From assembly GCF_048593235.1 (NCBI RefSeq), contig NC_133619.1:419519644-419583643 (forward strand): 64,000 bases of DNA, in the 5' to 3' direction. Of the stretch, positions 52,846 to 64,000 are shown piece by piece. The position numbers and the translations under genes were made by a program. Position 1 is the first letter of the stretch. Each line of letters begins with the position of its first letter. Source of the DNA: Sminthopsis crassicaudata. Its lineage: Eukaryota. The notes under the pieces were generated by a model that did no database searches, was not told where the DNA came from, and saw only the letters and a program-made list of their open reading frames with translations.

Positions 52846-54758
52846 ACTCCACCCCTTCAAGAGAGATAACTATTTGCTAGTTATTTTATTGTTCAGCTTA
52901 CTGTTTTTTTTTTTCTCAGCAGATTTGATATAATGAATCACAAGAACTTGGCAATATTTTTAAGTGCTTTCATTTTTTTCCTTTGTATTACTGAAGTCTT
53001 AAAACAAATAACAAGCCTTATCCAAGCGTTATCTATTCATGACAGTCATCCTATTTATCTTTTGAAGAGTACACATGGGGAAAAATATAGAGTACAGTAA
53101 AGAAAAACATACCAGGACCATAAACAAATAATTCAAATGGACAACATGCAAAGTTTGTAACTATAGGATTGCATTAAAACCGAGAAGCAAGGAAAAATGG
53201 TTTCCAAAACAAAGGATTCCAACAAAATATCAAAATCCATTTTCTAGAAATAAAATAAATAAACATAAGGAACCCATTTTCAAGGTTAGTGCAAAATTAT
53301 TTTCTGGTATCTGAGGAACTCAGTTGTCAGGAGTCTCTGGCTTTGAAGTCCAATGTAATGATTTCAATGACCTTGGAGGATAGAAGAGATATAAAAGGAG
53401 TAAGGTAGCTGTTGTGCATGGGGCCTACAGCCAAACAATTAGGGCCCTTGTGAATAAATTGCTGTTCTTCCTTTCCCCTGAACAGTGTGGGAATTTTACT
53501 TTGACCTTTCAAAGAAAGAGTCTTTTACCAGCCAAATTGAACCTATTACACTCTATTTAAACGGAAGGTCTTAATGTCCAAAGAAAAACCTTAGATCACT
53601 GTGGCCCAAAGAGAAAATGCCATAAAAGAAATGCTACTCACAATAGGGAATTGAAGAACCTCTCTTCAGAAATGCCAACATATTTAAGTCCATTTCCACT
53701 CATGGTTTAAAACCTGTAAGTTTATGCTAATCCCATGGCTATATAAAATGGCTATAGCAAATAATGCCTATTTCACAGGATTGTGAGGACCAAATAAATA
53801 ATTTGGAGAATTTAAAGCCCCAGAAACTGAGACTATTGATTTTAAATAAGAAATACATTTCTTCAGTTGTCTTCCAACGTAATCCCTTTTGCACAAGAGG
53901 AAAAGAAAGGGGAGAAGCATTTAGCATTTATTAAGTATCTATGTGCTTGGTATTGTGCTTACACACTTTACAAATATCTCATCTGATCCTCACAACAATC
54001 TTGTAAGACAGGTGCTATTTTCCACATTTTACAGTTGAGGAAACTGAGAAAAATGTGTTGCTTTGCCCAGGCTCATATAATTAGGAAGTGTCTGGGGCTG
54101 GATTTGAACTCAAAGCAGAGGGTTCTTTATATTCTCTTTTTTGAGTCTTAACATTTTATGCTCCCTCCCACATTCTGTGATCTAGTGATTTGGCTTCCTT
54201 GTTCTATCATGAACAAGACAACTCATCCCTCAACTCTGGATATTTTCTTTAGCTTCCTTTATGTCAGTAGTGCTTTCTCTCCTCATTTCTGCCTCCTGGC
54301 TTTCCTGTTTTTCTTCAAATCCGGATTAAAATCCCACACAGGAAACCTTTCTCAATCCCTTTTAATTCTAGTATCATCCCTCTATTAATTATTTTGTACA
54401 AAGCTTGTTCATATCTGTTTGCTTGTTGTTGCTGCTTCCATTAGATTATCTCCTTGAAAGTAAGGACTATCATTGCCTCTTTTTTTTTTTTTTTTTTTGT
54501 ATGTCTTCCCTTATCAAGTACCTGGCACACATTAGTTCTTTCACTTTCAGTACTTTAACTTTTGTGCAAAAAAAGTCTTAAAGAATTCTCATCTAAAATA
54601 GAACATTTTCACACTTTATCCTTTATGCATGTGAAATCAATTATAAACTACTTTGATTCTTAATTAGTATTTTATTCATTTCTCCCCCCACACATTATCT
54701 AATTATATCTATATCTAATATATTAGATTAGCTAATATATCTAATATCTAATTATCTA

Positions 54759-54841
<83 letters not shown>
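54759..54841. repeat. (TA)n microsatellite followed by an old minus-strand L1 3' end (about 54845-54970)
   Basis: Seen directly; aacattcatttttataagattttgagtttcaaatttt is typical of older marsupial L1 tails. Confidence 0.9.
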
Positions 54842-54845
<4 letters not shown>

Positions 54846-55139
54846 TTAATGGTATTTTTTCCAAGTACATGTAGTTTTCAAACATTCATTTTTATAAGAT
54901 TTTGAGTTTCAAATTTTCCCCCTTCCTCTATTCCTCTTCCCACTCTAAGACAGCAAATGATTTGATATAAGTTTAACTCTTTAAAAAAAAAAAACAACTA
55001 ATCAACAATCACAGAATCTCTGCATGGAGCAAAATCCCAGAGGACAACTAATACAATCAGTCCTTGAACAATAATATCCTCCCTGACAAGTGATCATCCA
55101 GTCTTGCTTAAGAGGAAACTTATAGCCTTATAAGACAAT

Positions 55140-55345
55140 CCATTCTGCTTTTAGGCCACTCTAAATTTTAAGGAGTTATTCCCTTGCAGCAAGCTGAAAT
55201 TTTTCTCTTTGTATCTTCCATCTGGTTCTGTTCTCTGGGGCTAAAGAGAACATGCCTAATTGGTCTTCCAAAAAGAAAGCCTTTCACATAATTAAAGATA
55301 GCATTTGTGTTCCCCCTAAGTTTCCTTTTCTCCAAGATAAACATT
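55140..55345 (-). mobile_element. L3/CR1 fragment
   Basis: Minus ORF 55168 reads LEKRKLRGN...FNYVKG, resembling the CR1 ORF2 end (LEKRRLRGDL...YKYLKG). Confidence 0.75.
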
Positions 55346-55969
55346 GCCAAATTAGCTTGGAATACACATTATTGTATAATGGATAATAATGGAATGCACA
55401 TTATTGTATAATAATAGCTAATAAAATAGCTAGCATTTATATAGCTCTTTAAGGTTTACAGTGTTTTACATATGTTATCTCATTTAATTCTCACAATACC
55501 ATTTGAAGTAGTTCTTTTACCAGAGAAGCTATGTTTGGAATGCAGCTCTGACTTTTATTTTCAGATATAATTTTACTTTAACATTATTAAAAAGAGAATC
55601 TTTTAAGCTAAATATTTTATACACCATACATTTGTGTTCAAATTTGGATGATCACTTCTCAGGGATATTATGGAGGATATGCCTGCATGAAGTAGATGTT
55701 ATATAATTCTTATTGCCTTCCATTGCTTAGCCAAGAGTGGGGAATGTCCTGCTGACTGGCCATATAATTATGGCTGGTGAAATAATTTGCTAAGACAACT
55801 GCAGGCAATGATGAACTGAAAGCTAGGTGCAACAACCTTCCACTGCTTGAGTGCTATGGATTGATAATTTTGTATGGCCTTTAATGAATTTATAAATATT
55901 CAAATGTCCCTTGGCAGAAAAAAAAGGTTTCTCATACCTGGAAGCTAAGCAAAAGTTCTGTTGACTAAT

Positions 55970-57560
55970 TCAATTCCATAAACATTATGCAGATCCTGTT
56001 ATATACAGGTCATTGTGTAGTAACATAATGATGGAGGATGAAGAGATCTCTGCCCATAAGAAGTCTACTCTCCAGGAAAGGTGATCATCTATAATACTAC
56101 ATAGAAATAGAAAAAGTATAATATAAGAAGTAAATCAAGTGCTGTGAGAGTACAAAAACAGAAGAAATTGATTCTGACTGGAAGGATATGAAAATGAGAA
56201 AGTGAGGGTATTTGACCTGAAATTTGAAAGATAGGCTTTTAAAAGTGGGAAATGGTATTTCAGGCAGAAGAAGTGTTGTGGAGGAAAAATCACGAACATG
56301 GAAAAGTATAAATTAAATTTGAGGGCAGCTAGGTAACATAATAGATAGAGTGACAGGATTAGAAATCAGGAAGACTCATCTAACTGAGTTCAAATCTGGC
56401 CTCAGACATGTACTAGGTGTGTGATCCTGAGCAAGTTACTTACACTCCAGTACTTTGCCAAGAAAACATGATTGAAACAGCTAGCAAAATCATCAATGTG
56501 AATCACATTTATTTATTTAACAATAACAGCTTTTTATATTCAAAATACATGCAAAGGGTTTTTTAACATTCATCCTTGCAATACCTTGTGTTCTAAATTT
56601 TTCTCTTTCCCTTCCCTTAGTCCCTCCATAGTCAGCAAAAAATCCAATATATATTAAACATGTGCAGTTCTACATATTTTCACATTTATCATGTTCCACA
56701 AGAAAAATTAGATCAAAAAGGAAAAAAAATGAGGAAAAAAATCAAGCAAACAGTAACAAAAAGGTGAAAATACTATATCGGGATTTACATTTAGTCCCCA
56801 TAGGCAGATGGCTCTCCATCATAAGTCTATTGTAATTGATCCCAGTCACCTCATTGGTGAAAAGAACCACATCCATCAAAGTTGATCATCACATAATTTT
56901 TTGGTTGCTGTGTACAATGTTCTCTTGGTTCTTCTTACTTCATTTATCATCAGTTAATGCTAGTCTTTCCAGTCTGAAATCATCCTGTTGATCTTTTCTT
57001 ATAGAACAATAATTATAGAATCACATCTTTAAAAGTAACATCAAATTTTAGGAATTGGGCATGGCTAGAACATAGGTCATATTAAAAATAGTAGTAGAGA
57101 TAAAATGGTGAAAGATTTTCATTGAGTTTAAACTTTATTTTGTAGACAATTGAGAACCTCTAAAAGTTTTTTCAATGTGAGGAGTTGAAACTAAAAGAGT
57201 AGGAAGCTTTGGTAAAATTAGAGCTGTACGTTTGAAAGATTAGCCTGAAAATGTTATCAACAGCATTGAGGCAACAGATACTGGAGTCTACTGCAGTAAT
57301 TCAATTAAGAGATAATGTGTGGTGATCATGAGAAGGGAATAGAAAGAAAAAGAAGGAGCAGGAAGGATATTCAATTCTCTTGGATAAGTCAATTTAATAA
57401 GTGACAACTCTACCAAAGTTGTTAGAGATAAAGTGCTATGTCAAACTAACAATGGAATACAGAGCTAGATAAGATAGGAACAAAATTCATTTGGTGAAAC
57501 AAAAAATCAAGAAAATCAAGGTAAATAATGAAAAAAAGGAGGAATGAAGAGGAAAGTGAC
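55970..57560 (-). mobile_element. L2 interrupted by a Mar1-like SINE (about 56325-56490) and an L1
   Basis: L2-like purine-rich sequence on both sides of the younger inserts; boundaries approximate. Confidence 0.55.
56508..57015 (-). mobile_element. Older LINE-1 3' end
   Basis: cagctttttatattcaaaatacatgc...gtacaatgttctcttggtt...catcagttaatgc...ttttcttatagaacaata. Confidence 0.85.
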
Positions 57561-57699
57561 AGAATGATGAGTGCTGCCCAGGCATCTTATTGTCCTTGCC
57601 CCAAATGGGGAAATTTGTCAGTCTTCTCAAACAAAATTATCATATATAGGATAAAAAGCAAAGTGTAGATTAGACTTATATGAAAGTGTTTAGTATCCA

Positions 57700-58220
57700 T
57701 TACATATAGGCAATTAACAGTAATATAGTACCAAAAGCTAAGGACATTAACAAATAATTATCCAAAGAAGAATTACAAACTTAAAAACCATGTGAATGCA
57801 TTCTCCAAATAACTAATAAAAAATACAGACTAAAACAATGGTGTAATTTTTGCTTTCATATATTATGTGCTATGGAAATGACCAATGTGATGAATGGAGA
57901 AGCATGGAAAGGCTTGCATCAACTGATGCAAAGTAAGTAGAAGTAAATGGATCCAGGAACACTATATAGACAATCAGTATAGTAGGATTTATAAAGAATA
58001 AGCTTGGCCCCAAATAAGGGATGAGAATATTTTAACTTCTTTGCAGAGGCGGGGACTGAATGAATGTGGAATCACATATAAAATCAGATTTTTTTTGATA
58101 GGTGAAATGTTTTTCTGATTTTCATCAGAAAATGCTTTGTTATCAAATTTCTGAGAGGAGGAAACAGGTTAGAGGGAGAAATCTAAACAATATAAAATCA
58201 AAATGAATCTATTATTGTTT
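57700..58220 (+). mobile_element. Old degenerate LINE-1 ORF2 end and 3' UTR
   Basis: gagaagcatggaaaggcttgcatcaactgatgcaaag resembles the L1 WxDLHELM region. Confidence 0.65.
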
Positions 58221-58921
58221 TTAATACAAGAAAGAGAAAGATGTAAGAGACATAGAGAAAATAGAATTGTCACTTAACCTTGCTGACTACTAGATGTGCA
58301 AATGATGGTCAGACACAGTCATTGTATCAGATAATTTTTAAATTGCTTTTTCTTTTTCCAAGGAAGGATATAATCTGGAGTACTGGAGAGGAAGGTATGA
58401 AATGACAATGACATAAAAGGAAAAGATATCACTCTAACATTTTAAAAATGCTCTCCTCCAATGCAAAAAAATATTGTTATTTAGAACCTATGCAATCTGG
58501 TACAAATCTATTATTTTTTTACCTTTGTTTTGTATCATTCTTTTTGGTTCTGATCAAACCATATTAGTAGTATTCCTAAACATAACATTCTGATTCCTGT
58601 CTCTGTGCATTCATATACATCATACCTCATGTCCTCTACTTTATTTCGGTACCAGTAGAATATAAGCTTCTTGAGAAGCCACAGTTGTTTAATTTTTGCC
58701 TCTTTATGCTCCATATTGTAATACTTTGTACAACAAACTTCTCTGACATTTAAAGAAATCCAGACCACCATTCCAAGATTTTTATAAGATTGAAAGAGGT
58801 CATGTTCTTTACCTTTATAAAGTTTACAGTTTCAAATAACTTCTAGAAGCAGAGGTACTGAGGCATAGTGGATAATGCACAGGAATTATAGTTAGGAATA
58901 TATGGGTTTAAATACCTCAGC

Positions 58922-59250
58922 AAAACAAACAAAACCAGGAATATATTGTACACAGTAACAGCAAGATTTTGCAATGATCAACTATGAAAGACGTGGTTCT
59001 TCTCAGTGGCTCAGTGATCCAAGGCAATCCTAATAAACTTTGGATAGAAAACGCCATCTGCATCCAGAAAGAGAACTATGAAGATTGAATGTAAATCAAC
59101 ACCTTTTTTTTTTTCCTCTTGTGATTTTCCCTTTTGTTCTGATTTTTTTTCTCCCAACATGATTCATAAAGAAATGTGTATTTAAAAAGTTAATATAGAT
59201 ATGCTACCAGAAAAATAAAAATTATTAATTTAAAAATGGTAAAGATAAAA
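58922..59250 (+). mobile_element. LINE-1 3' fragment inserted into a MIR (MIR halves about 58855-58921 and 59255-59330)
   Basis: MIR head ends aaatacctcag and resumes gcctcagacacttaccagct after an A-rich L1 tail. Confidence 0.75.
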
Positions 59251-59794
59251 AAAATTTGTGCCTCAGACACTTACCAGCTTTGCCAGCCAGGGCAAATCCC
59301 TTCTCTGGACTTTGGTTTCCTCATTAGTTAAAAAACAAAAACAAAAACAAAAAAACCCGAAAACTGGTAGATGGCTTCCAAGGTCCCAGTTAGCTCTAAA
59401 TACTTTGATGATTCTATTATGCTTTCTATTGTGTGAGCAAACTGTTAAGTTTTTGCTCTTCCCAAGGAATATTTTCCATCTTCATGTCTTTGCATATCTT
59501 GCATCCTTTTACACAGATCTGGAATGAATTCCTTCCTTATTTTTGCCTCTTGTAATCATTGACTTCATTCCAAGCTCAGTTCAACTATCTCCCATTTAAA
59601 GTTGCCAATTTCTAGTATCTCCTCCCCACTTCCCCCAAAAAAGTGTGGGCTTGTTTGTAGATGTACATGCTGTTTCTTTCCATAGGATTCAAGTTTCTAG
59701 AGCTCAGGGATAATTTTTTTTTTATTGCTAGCACAGTTTCTTGAAGAGAGTAGGTACTTGATAAATGCTTTTTGATTGATTGTATGGTATGTGC

Positions 59795-60035
59795 TTTCTT
59801 CTTATTGTTTAGTAGTTTTTGAGTCATGTTTTTTGAGATTTTCTTGGCAAAGATACTGAGATGTTTTTGAGTTTTGAGCTTCTCTAGCTTATTTTACAGA
59901 TGAGGAACTGAGGCAAACAAGGTTAAGTGGTTTGATCAAAGTCACACAGCTGTTAAGTGTCTGATGCCAAATTTGAACTCAAGAAGATGATCTTCTGATT
60001 CCAGATTCTTCTACTGGACTACTTAGCTGCTCTAG
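59795..60035 (-). mobile_element. Mar1-like CORE-SINE
   Basis: ttttcttggcaaagatactg...ttttacagatgaggaactgaggcaaacaaggttaagt. Confidence 0.8.
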
Positions 60036-60769
60036 TATGTGATAAACACATGTTTAAAAAATTATTTTGAACTCTAAGAGATCAGTTTTTTATGTGTGTG
60101 TTAGGGATCAGATCGGGTACAAAGTAATTCTCTTATTTTACAAATATTTCTTTATGTGTTTTAGCTTCCTTCACTGATGGCAGATTTTTTGCCTTATTTA
60201 AATATCATCTCTATTTTAGAGCCTTAGTGCTGAATAGGTGCTTTGTTAGGTCACTGTTGAATCACTGTTAAATTTCTTTTAAGTAACTCAAGTTTTCAAA
60301 AGTGATAACTGAAGGAAACTTTACAGTCTGTACCCTTTCAGCGTCACTGTAGACTTTTTACTTTGGATCCTGGAATTAATTTTGAGGGACAGACTGTTCC
60401 TTTTGTGGTATTCCAAGTGAACAGCCTTGTGATTTCTCCTGCAGCAGGTTGCTTTAATGAGTGTCAAAGAGTAACATAAAGTAGATAAGTGAAAAGAAAC
60501 TCATATTTACTGCCTATGAAAATATTACCCTTAATAAGCACTTTCCTAATAAAATGCCATTTACTTTGTAATATTTTATGATAGTTTATTTCACCATGAA
60601 TAGTAATTTTGTATTATAAACTTCCCAGGAAATATATGTCATATTGCTTTAAAAACAAATTTTCATTCCAAGAAAATATTTCAAACAGTGCTGTTAAATC
60701 ATAAAAGGGAGGCCAAGACTACTCCTGAAAAGAAATTTTCTATTAAAACATCTTTATTTGTTGTTCCAT

Positions 60770-61260
60770 GGTTTTAGTCATGGCCTACTCTTTAAATCCC
60801 ATTTGAGTTTTTCTTGGTAAAGGTTTTGGAATAGTTTGTCATTTCCTTCTCTAGCTCATTTTTTAAAGATAAGGAAGCTGAGATAATCAGGGTTAAGTGA
60901 TTGGGCCAGGGTCACACAGCTAGGAAGTACGTTTCTGAGACTTTATTTGAACTCATGTCTTCTTAACTCCTGGTCTAGTGGTCTATCTGCTGTACCATCT
61001 TGTTTCCCCCAAAGACAATATAGACGTTCTTCATCCTAGAAAAGGTATTGTTCAGTTGTTTCATTTGTGTTCAATTCTTGGCAAAGATACTGGAATGATT
61101 TGCCATTTCTTTCTCCAGCTCATTTTACAGATGAGAAACTAAGGCAAATAGAGTTAAGTAACTTGTTCAGGGACACACAGCTAAGTAAGTGCCTGAGGTT
61201 AGATTGGAATGCAGAAAGTCTTTCTGACTCCAGTCTCAGTACCCTACCCCTTACTACCTT
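60770..61260 (-). mobile_element. Two adjacent Mar1-like CORE-SINEs (about 60770-60990 and 61040-61260)
   Basis: Both show ttcttgg(c/t)aaag...tttgccatttc-like...ccagctcattt followed by the MIR core. Confidence 0.8.
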
Positions 61261-61894
61261 AAAGTTTCATAACCATAAATTTTCTCATGTGCCCTTTAAA
61301 ATACCTCCCCCTTCCCATACACCCCTTCCACAAACACATACATTCTGGTAGTTTCAGATTGGAATTTAGAATTGTTACAACTTCAAAAATTTTCTTCTTA
61401 TTAGAATTATATAAAAATGGAATGGACAGAGAGAGATAGTTAAGCATATAAGAATGTTGGAGTTGTAGTCAGGAAGATCAGAGTTCAAATCGCATCTCAG
61501 ATTGTTATTAGTTGTGTGATTTTAGGAAAGTTTTTAAACTTTCTGAGCTGTGCTCTCCATTTGTAAAATGGGGAGAAATGCAGAACTGACTTTGCATTAT
61601 TATGAACATCAAATTAAATAATATATGTAAAGAGCGTTATATACCTCAAAGAGCAACATAAAATGCTAGTTTTTTTCTGAAGTAATGAGTTCTCTCTTCT
61701 CTGTAAGTATTCTATCAAAGGATGGATAGCCACTTGCTATGATGTTTCAGATGGAATTTCTGCAAAGAATATAATAGTTTTCTTTAAGTCACTGAGGACC
61801 TTGAATTCTAGAGTTGTGTCTCAAAAGTGGGCAGCTCTCTTATCAACTTTAGCAAGTCAGAATAAATTTTTGCTATGATGTAATTTAAAGAAAA

Positions 61895-62194
61895 TTATTT
61901 ATTTATTTGGACATTGGGTCTCCCTAGCTTACACAGGTTGAAAATACATTAACCAACCACTCATGGGCTAGATTCTATTACTGATCAACATGAAAACTTT
62001 GGCATGCTCTGGTTTTCTAAGCTGGGTCAGCTTATTCCTCCCTAAATAAACCCTATCTTCTCCCTGAGGTTTCTCATACTGGTACCAGATTCAATGCAGG
62101 CACAAAATTAACTTTAGTCCTCCTGCAGCTCAGATTCCTAAGTCATCCTAATAGCCCAGATGATAGGAATGCATATACTTATATATACCTAGCC
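61895..62194 (-). pseudogene. Near full-length decayed 7SL (SRP RNA) retrocopy or 7SL-derived SINE
   Basis: Collinear with reverse-complement 7SL: gggtctccctagcttacacaggttgaa, ctattactgatcaacatgaaaactttggcatgctc, ctccctgaggtttctcatactggtacc, ctgcagctcagattcct; A-rich tail at 61895-61908; CpGs decayed. Confidence 0.8.
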
Positions 62195-62289
62195 AAAGAT
62201 GGAATTTAAACTTAATTATTTCCAGTAAGGCCATATACTAATTTTTAATAGTTGTAAAATTCAGTTCTTGCTGCACAACGGATAGAATG

Positions 62290-62515
62290 GCACAGGGAAT
62301 AGTTCCAGGCTCAAAGACAGGAAGATTCATCATCTGAGTTCAAATTTGGCCTCAGACACTTACTAGCTGAGTGATACTGGAAAAGTCACTTAATTTTGTT
62401 TGCCTCAGTTTCTTCATCTGAAAAATGATCTGAAGAAGGAAATAACAAAGAGAATCCCAAATGAGATCATAGAGTCAGACACAATTGAAAACCACTAAAC
62501 AACAAACAAACAAGT
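62290..62515 (+). mobile_element. Mar1-like CORE-SINE
   Basis: MIR core plus tail catagagtcagacacaattgaaaaccactaaacaac. Confidence 0.8.
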
Positions 62516-62699
62516 TATAAAAGAATACTTCCTGTTGTCTTTATGGAATCAGAAACAAGTGGGTAGCTAGTATTTTAAAAATAGCATTTTAAAGTTTACA
62601 AACTGCTTTACATGTTAATTCACTATTTTTTCCTCTTAATGTTATCTCATTTGATCCTGAATCAAATCACCTGAAATATTATTCCAGTAGTCCAACTTT

Positions 62700-63740
62700 T
62701 TGTTCTCCATGCTTTGAGGCAAGAATCTCCTTAGTTTGGTCCATCCTTTGCTCAGTTGTCCCTCTGATCTTTCTAATAGCATAAGTCTAACCATGGTGTT
62801 TCCTTATTCAATAAACTACAATGGCTCCCTATTACTTCCAGGATCAAATATAAATAACATTCTGTGTTTGGTTTTAAACACTTCATTACCTGCCCCTTTC
62901 TAATCTTTATATTCTTATACCTTAATCCTCTCTCACTAACTGTGCAAACACTGACCTTCTTATTATTCTTTGAACAAGAAGTCATCTCCTAACTCTTTCT
63001 TTTTAAGTTAAAGCTTTTTATTTACAAAACATATGCATGGGTAGTTTTTCAATAATGGGCCTTGCAAAGCCTTTTGTTCCAAATTTTCCCCTTTCCTCCA
63101 CACCCTCCCCTAGATGGCAGGTAGTCCAATACATGTTGAGTATGTTAAAACATATGCTAAATCCAATATATGTATACATATTTATACAGTTATATTGCTA
63201 TACAAGAACACCAGATCAAAAAAGAAGAAAGAAAAACTGCGAAAGAAAAAAAAATGCAAGCAAACAACAACAGAGAAAGTGAGAATGCTATGTTGTGGTC
63301 CACACTCATTTCTTATGGTTCTCTCTCTGGGTATATATGGCTCTCTTCATCAATGAACAAGTGGAATTGGTTTGAATCATCACATTATTGAAGAGCAGCT
63401 TCTAACTCTCAATATTTCCACTTTTTGTGCACCCTGTCAGAAAAGTTCTTCCTCTTTTTCATCTCCTAGCTTCCCTGGCTTCATTTAAATCTCAGCTAAA
63501 ATTCCACCTTCTGCAAGAAGCCTTTACTGGTTCTCCTGAACCGGAGTACCTCTCCTCTGAGACTCTTTTAGATTTAATCTAATTTATATTAATTTGTATT
63601 GTATGTACCTAGCTTTCACATAATTGTTAACATGTTGTCTCCACCATTAGAGTTTTTCAAGAAGATGGATGATTTTTTGTTTTTCTTTGTATACCCAGTA
63701 CATATCACAATGGCTGGCATAATAGTAAACAATTAATAAA
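62700..63740 (+). mobile_element. L2 3' region split by a younger L1
   Basis: caatggctccctattacttccaggatcaaat before the insert and gtctccaccattagag...ggctggcataatagtaaacaattaataaat after it. Confidence 0.8.
62997..63398 (-). mobile_element. 5'-truncated LINE-1 3' UTR
   Basis: Homologous to 2838-3664; about 11-bp TSD ctcctaactct (62986-62996) / cttctaactct (63399-63409). Confidence 0.9.
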
Positions 63741-64000
63741 TCTTTGTTATCTTGACTGTTCCCTGGCAGCATCAGTGGTAGCCATACACTAATTTGTCCA
63801 ACTTGCAGGGCTTCAAGTGAATAGATGACTACTTGTAGAAGTTGTTCTCTTTCAGGTGCCTATTGGACTGCATTATCTCAAGGGTCCAATTCAATTCTGA
63901 GATTTCTGTGATTCAGTAATAAATAACTTTTACTTAGTAAACCATAACATATTGTGTTAATGCTTTAATAATTTTTAATAAAGAAGAGTTCATGAAGGAA

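Noticed and set aside
1-64000. ORFs in the six-frame track as genes
   Set aside because: All are 60-172 aa and overlap repeats, microsatellites or N-gaps, or have AT-rich random composition; the only recognisable peptide pieces are L1 and CR1 ORF2 remnants

Overview
AT-rich vertebrate genomic DNA with four short N-gaps. No protein-coding gene can be supported; every ORF in the track comes from repeats, microsatellites, gaps or AT-rich noise. The repeat content points to an Australian marsupial, most likely a dasyurid such as Tasmanian devil (inference): WSINE1-like and Mar1-like CORE-SINEs, MIR, L2, L3/CR1 and marsupial-type L1 3' ends. The main functional landmark is a CpG-retaining island at about 23.5-26.1 kb. 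It holds up to three candidate non-coding first exons of a minus-strand gene that I cannot name, two long G-tracts, an (AC)35 repeat just inside the first intron, and a candidate downstream exon at 16542-16708. Other finds: five young L1 3' fragments with target-site duplications, each carrying a CTCF-like 14-mer; two solo LTRs; a decayed ERV integrase remnant; a near full-length decayed 7SL retrocopy; hAT-type MITEs; a near-identical 223-bp tandem duplication with a nested 57-bp duplication; and several nested transposon insertions. All repeat-family names are from recalled consensus similarity, not a database search. I found no evidence of a wholly new system.
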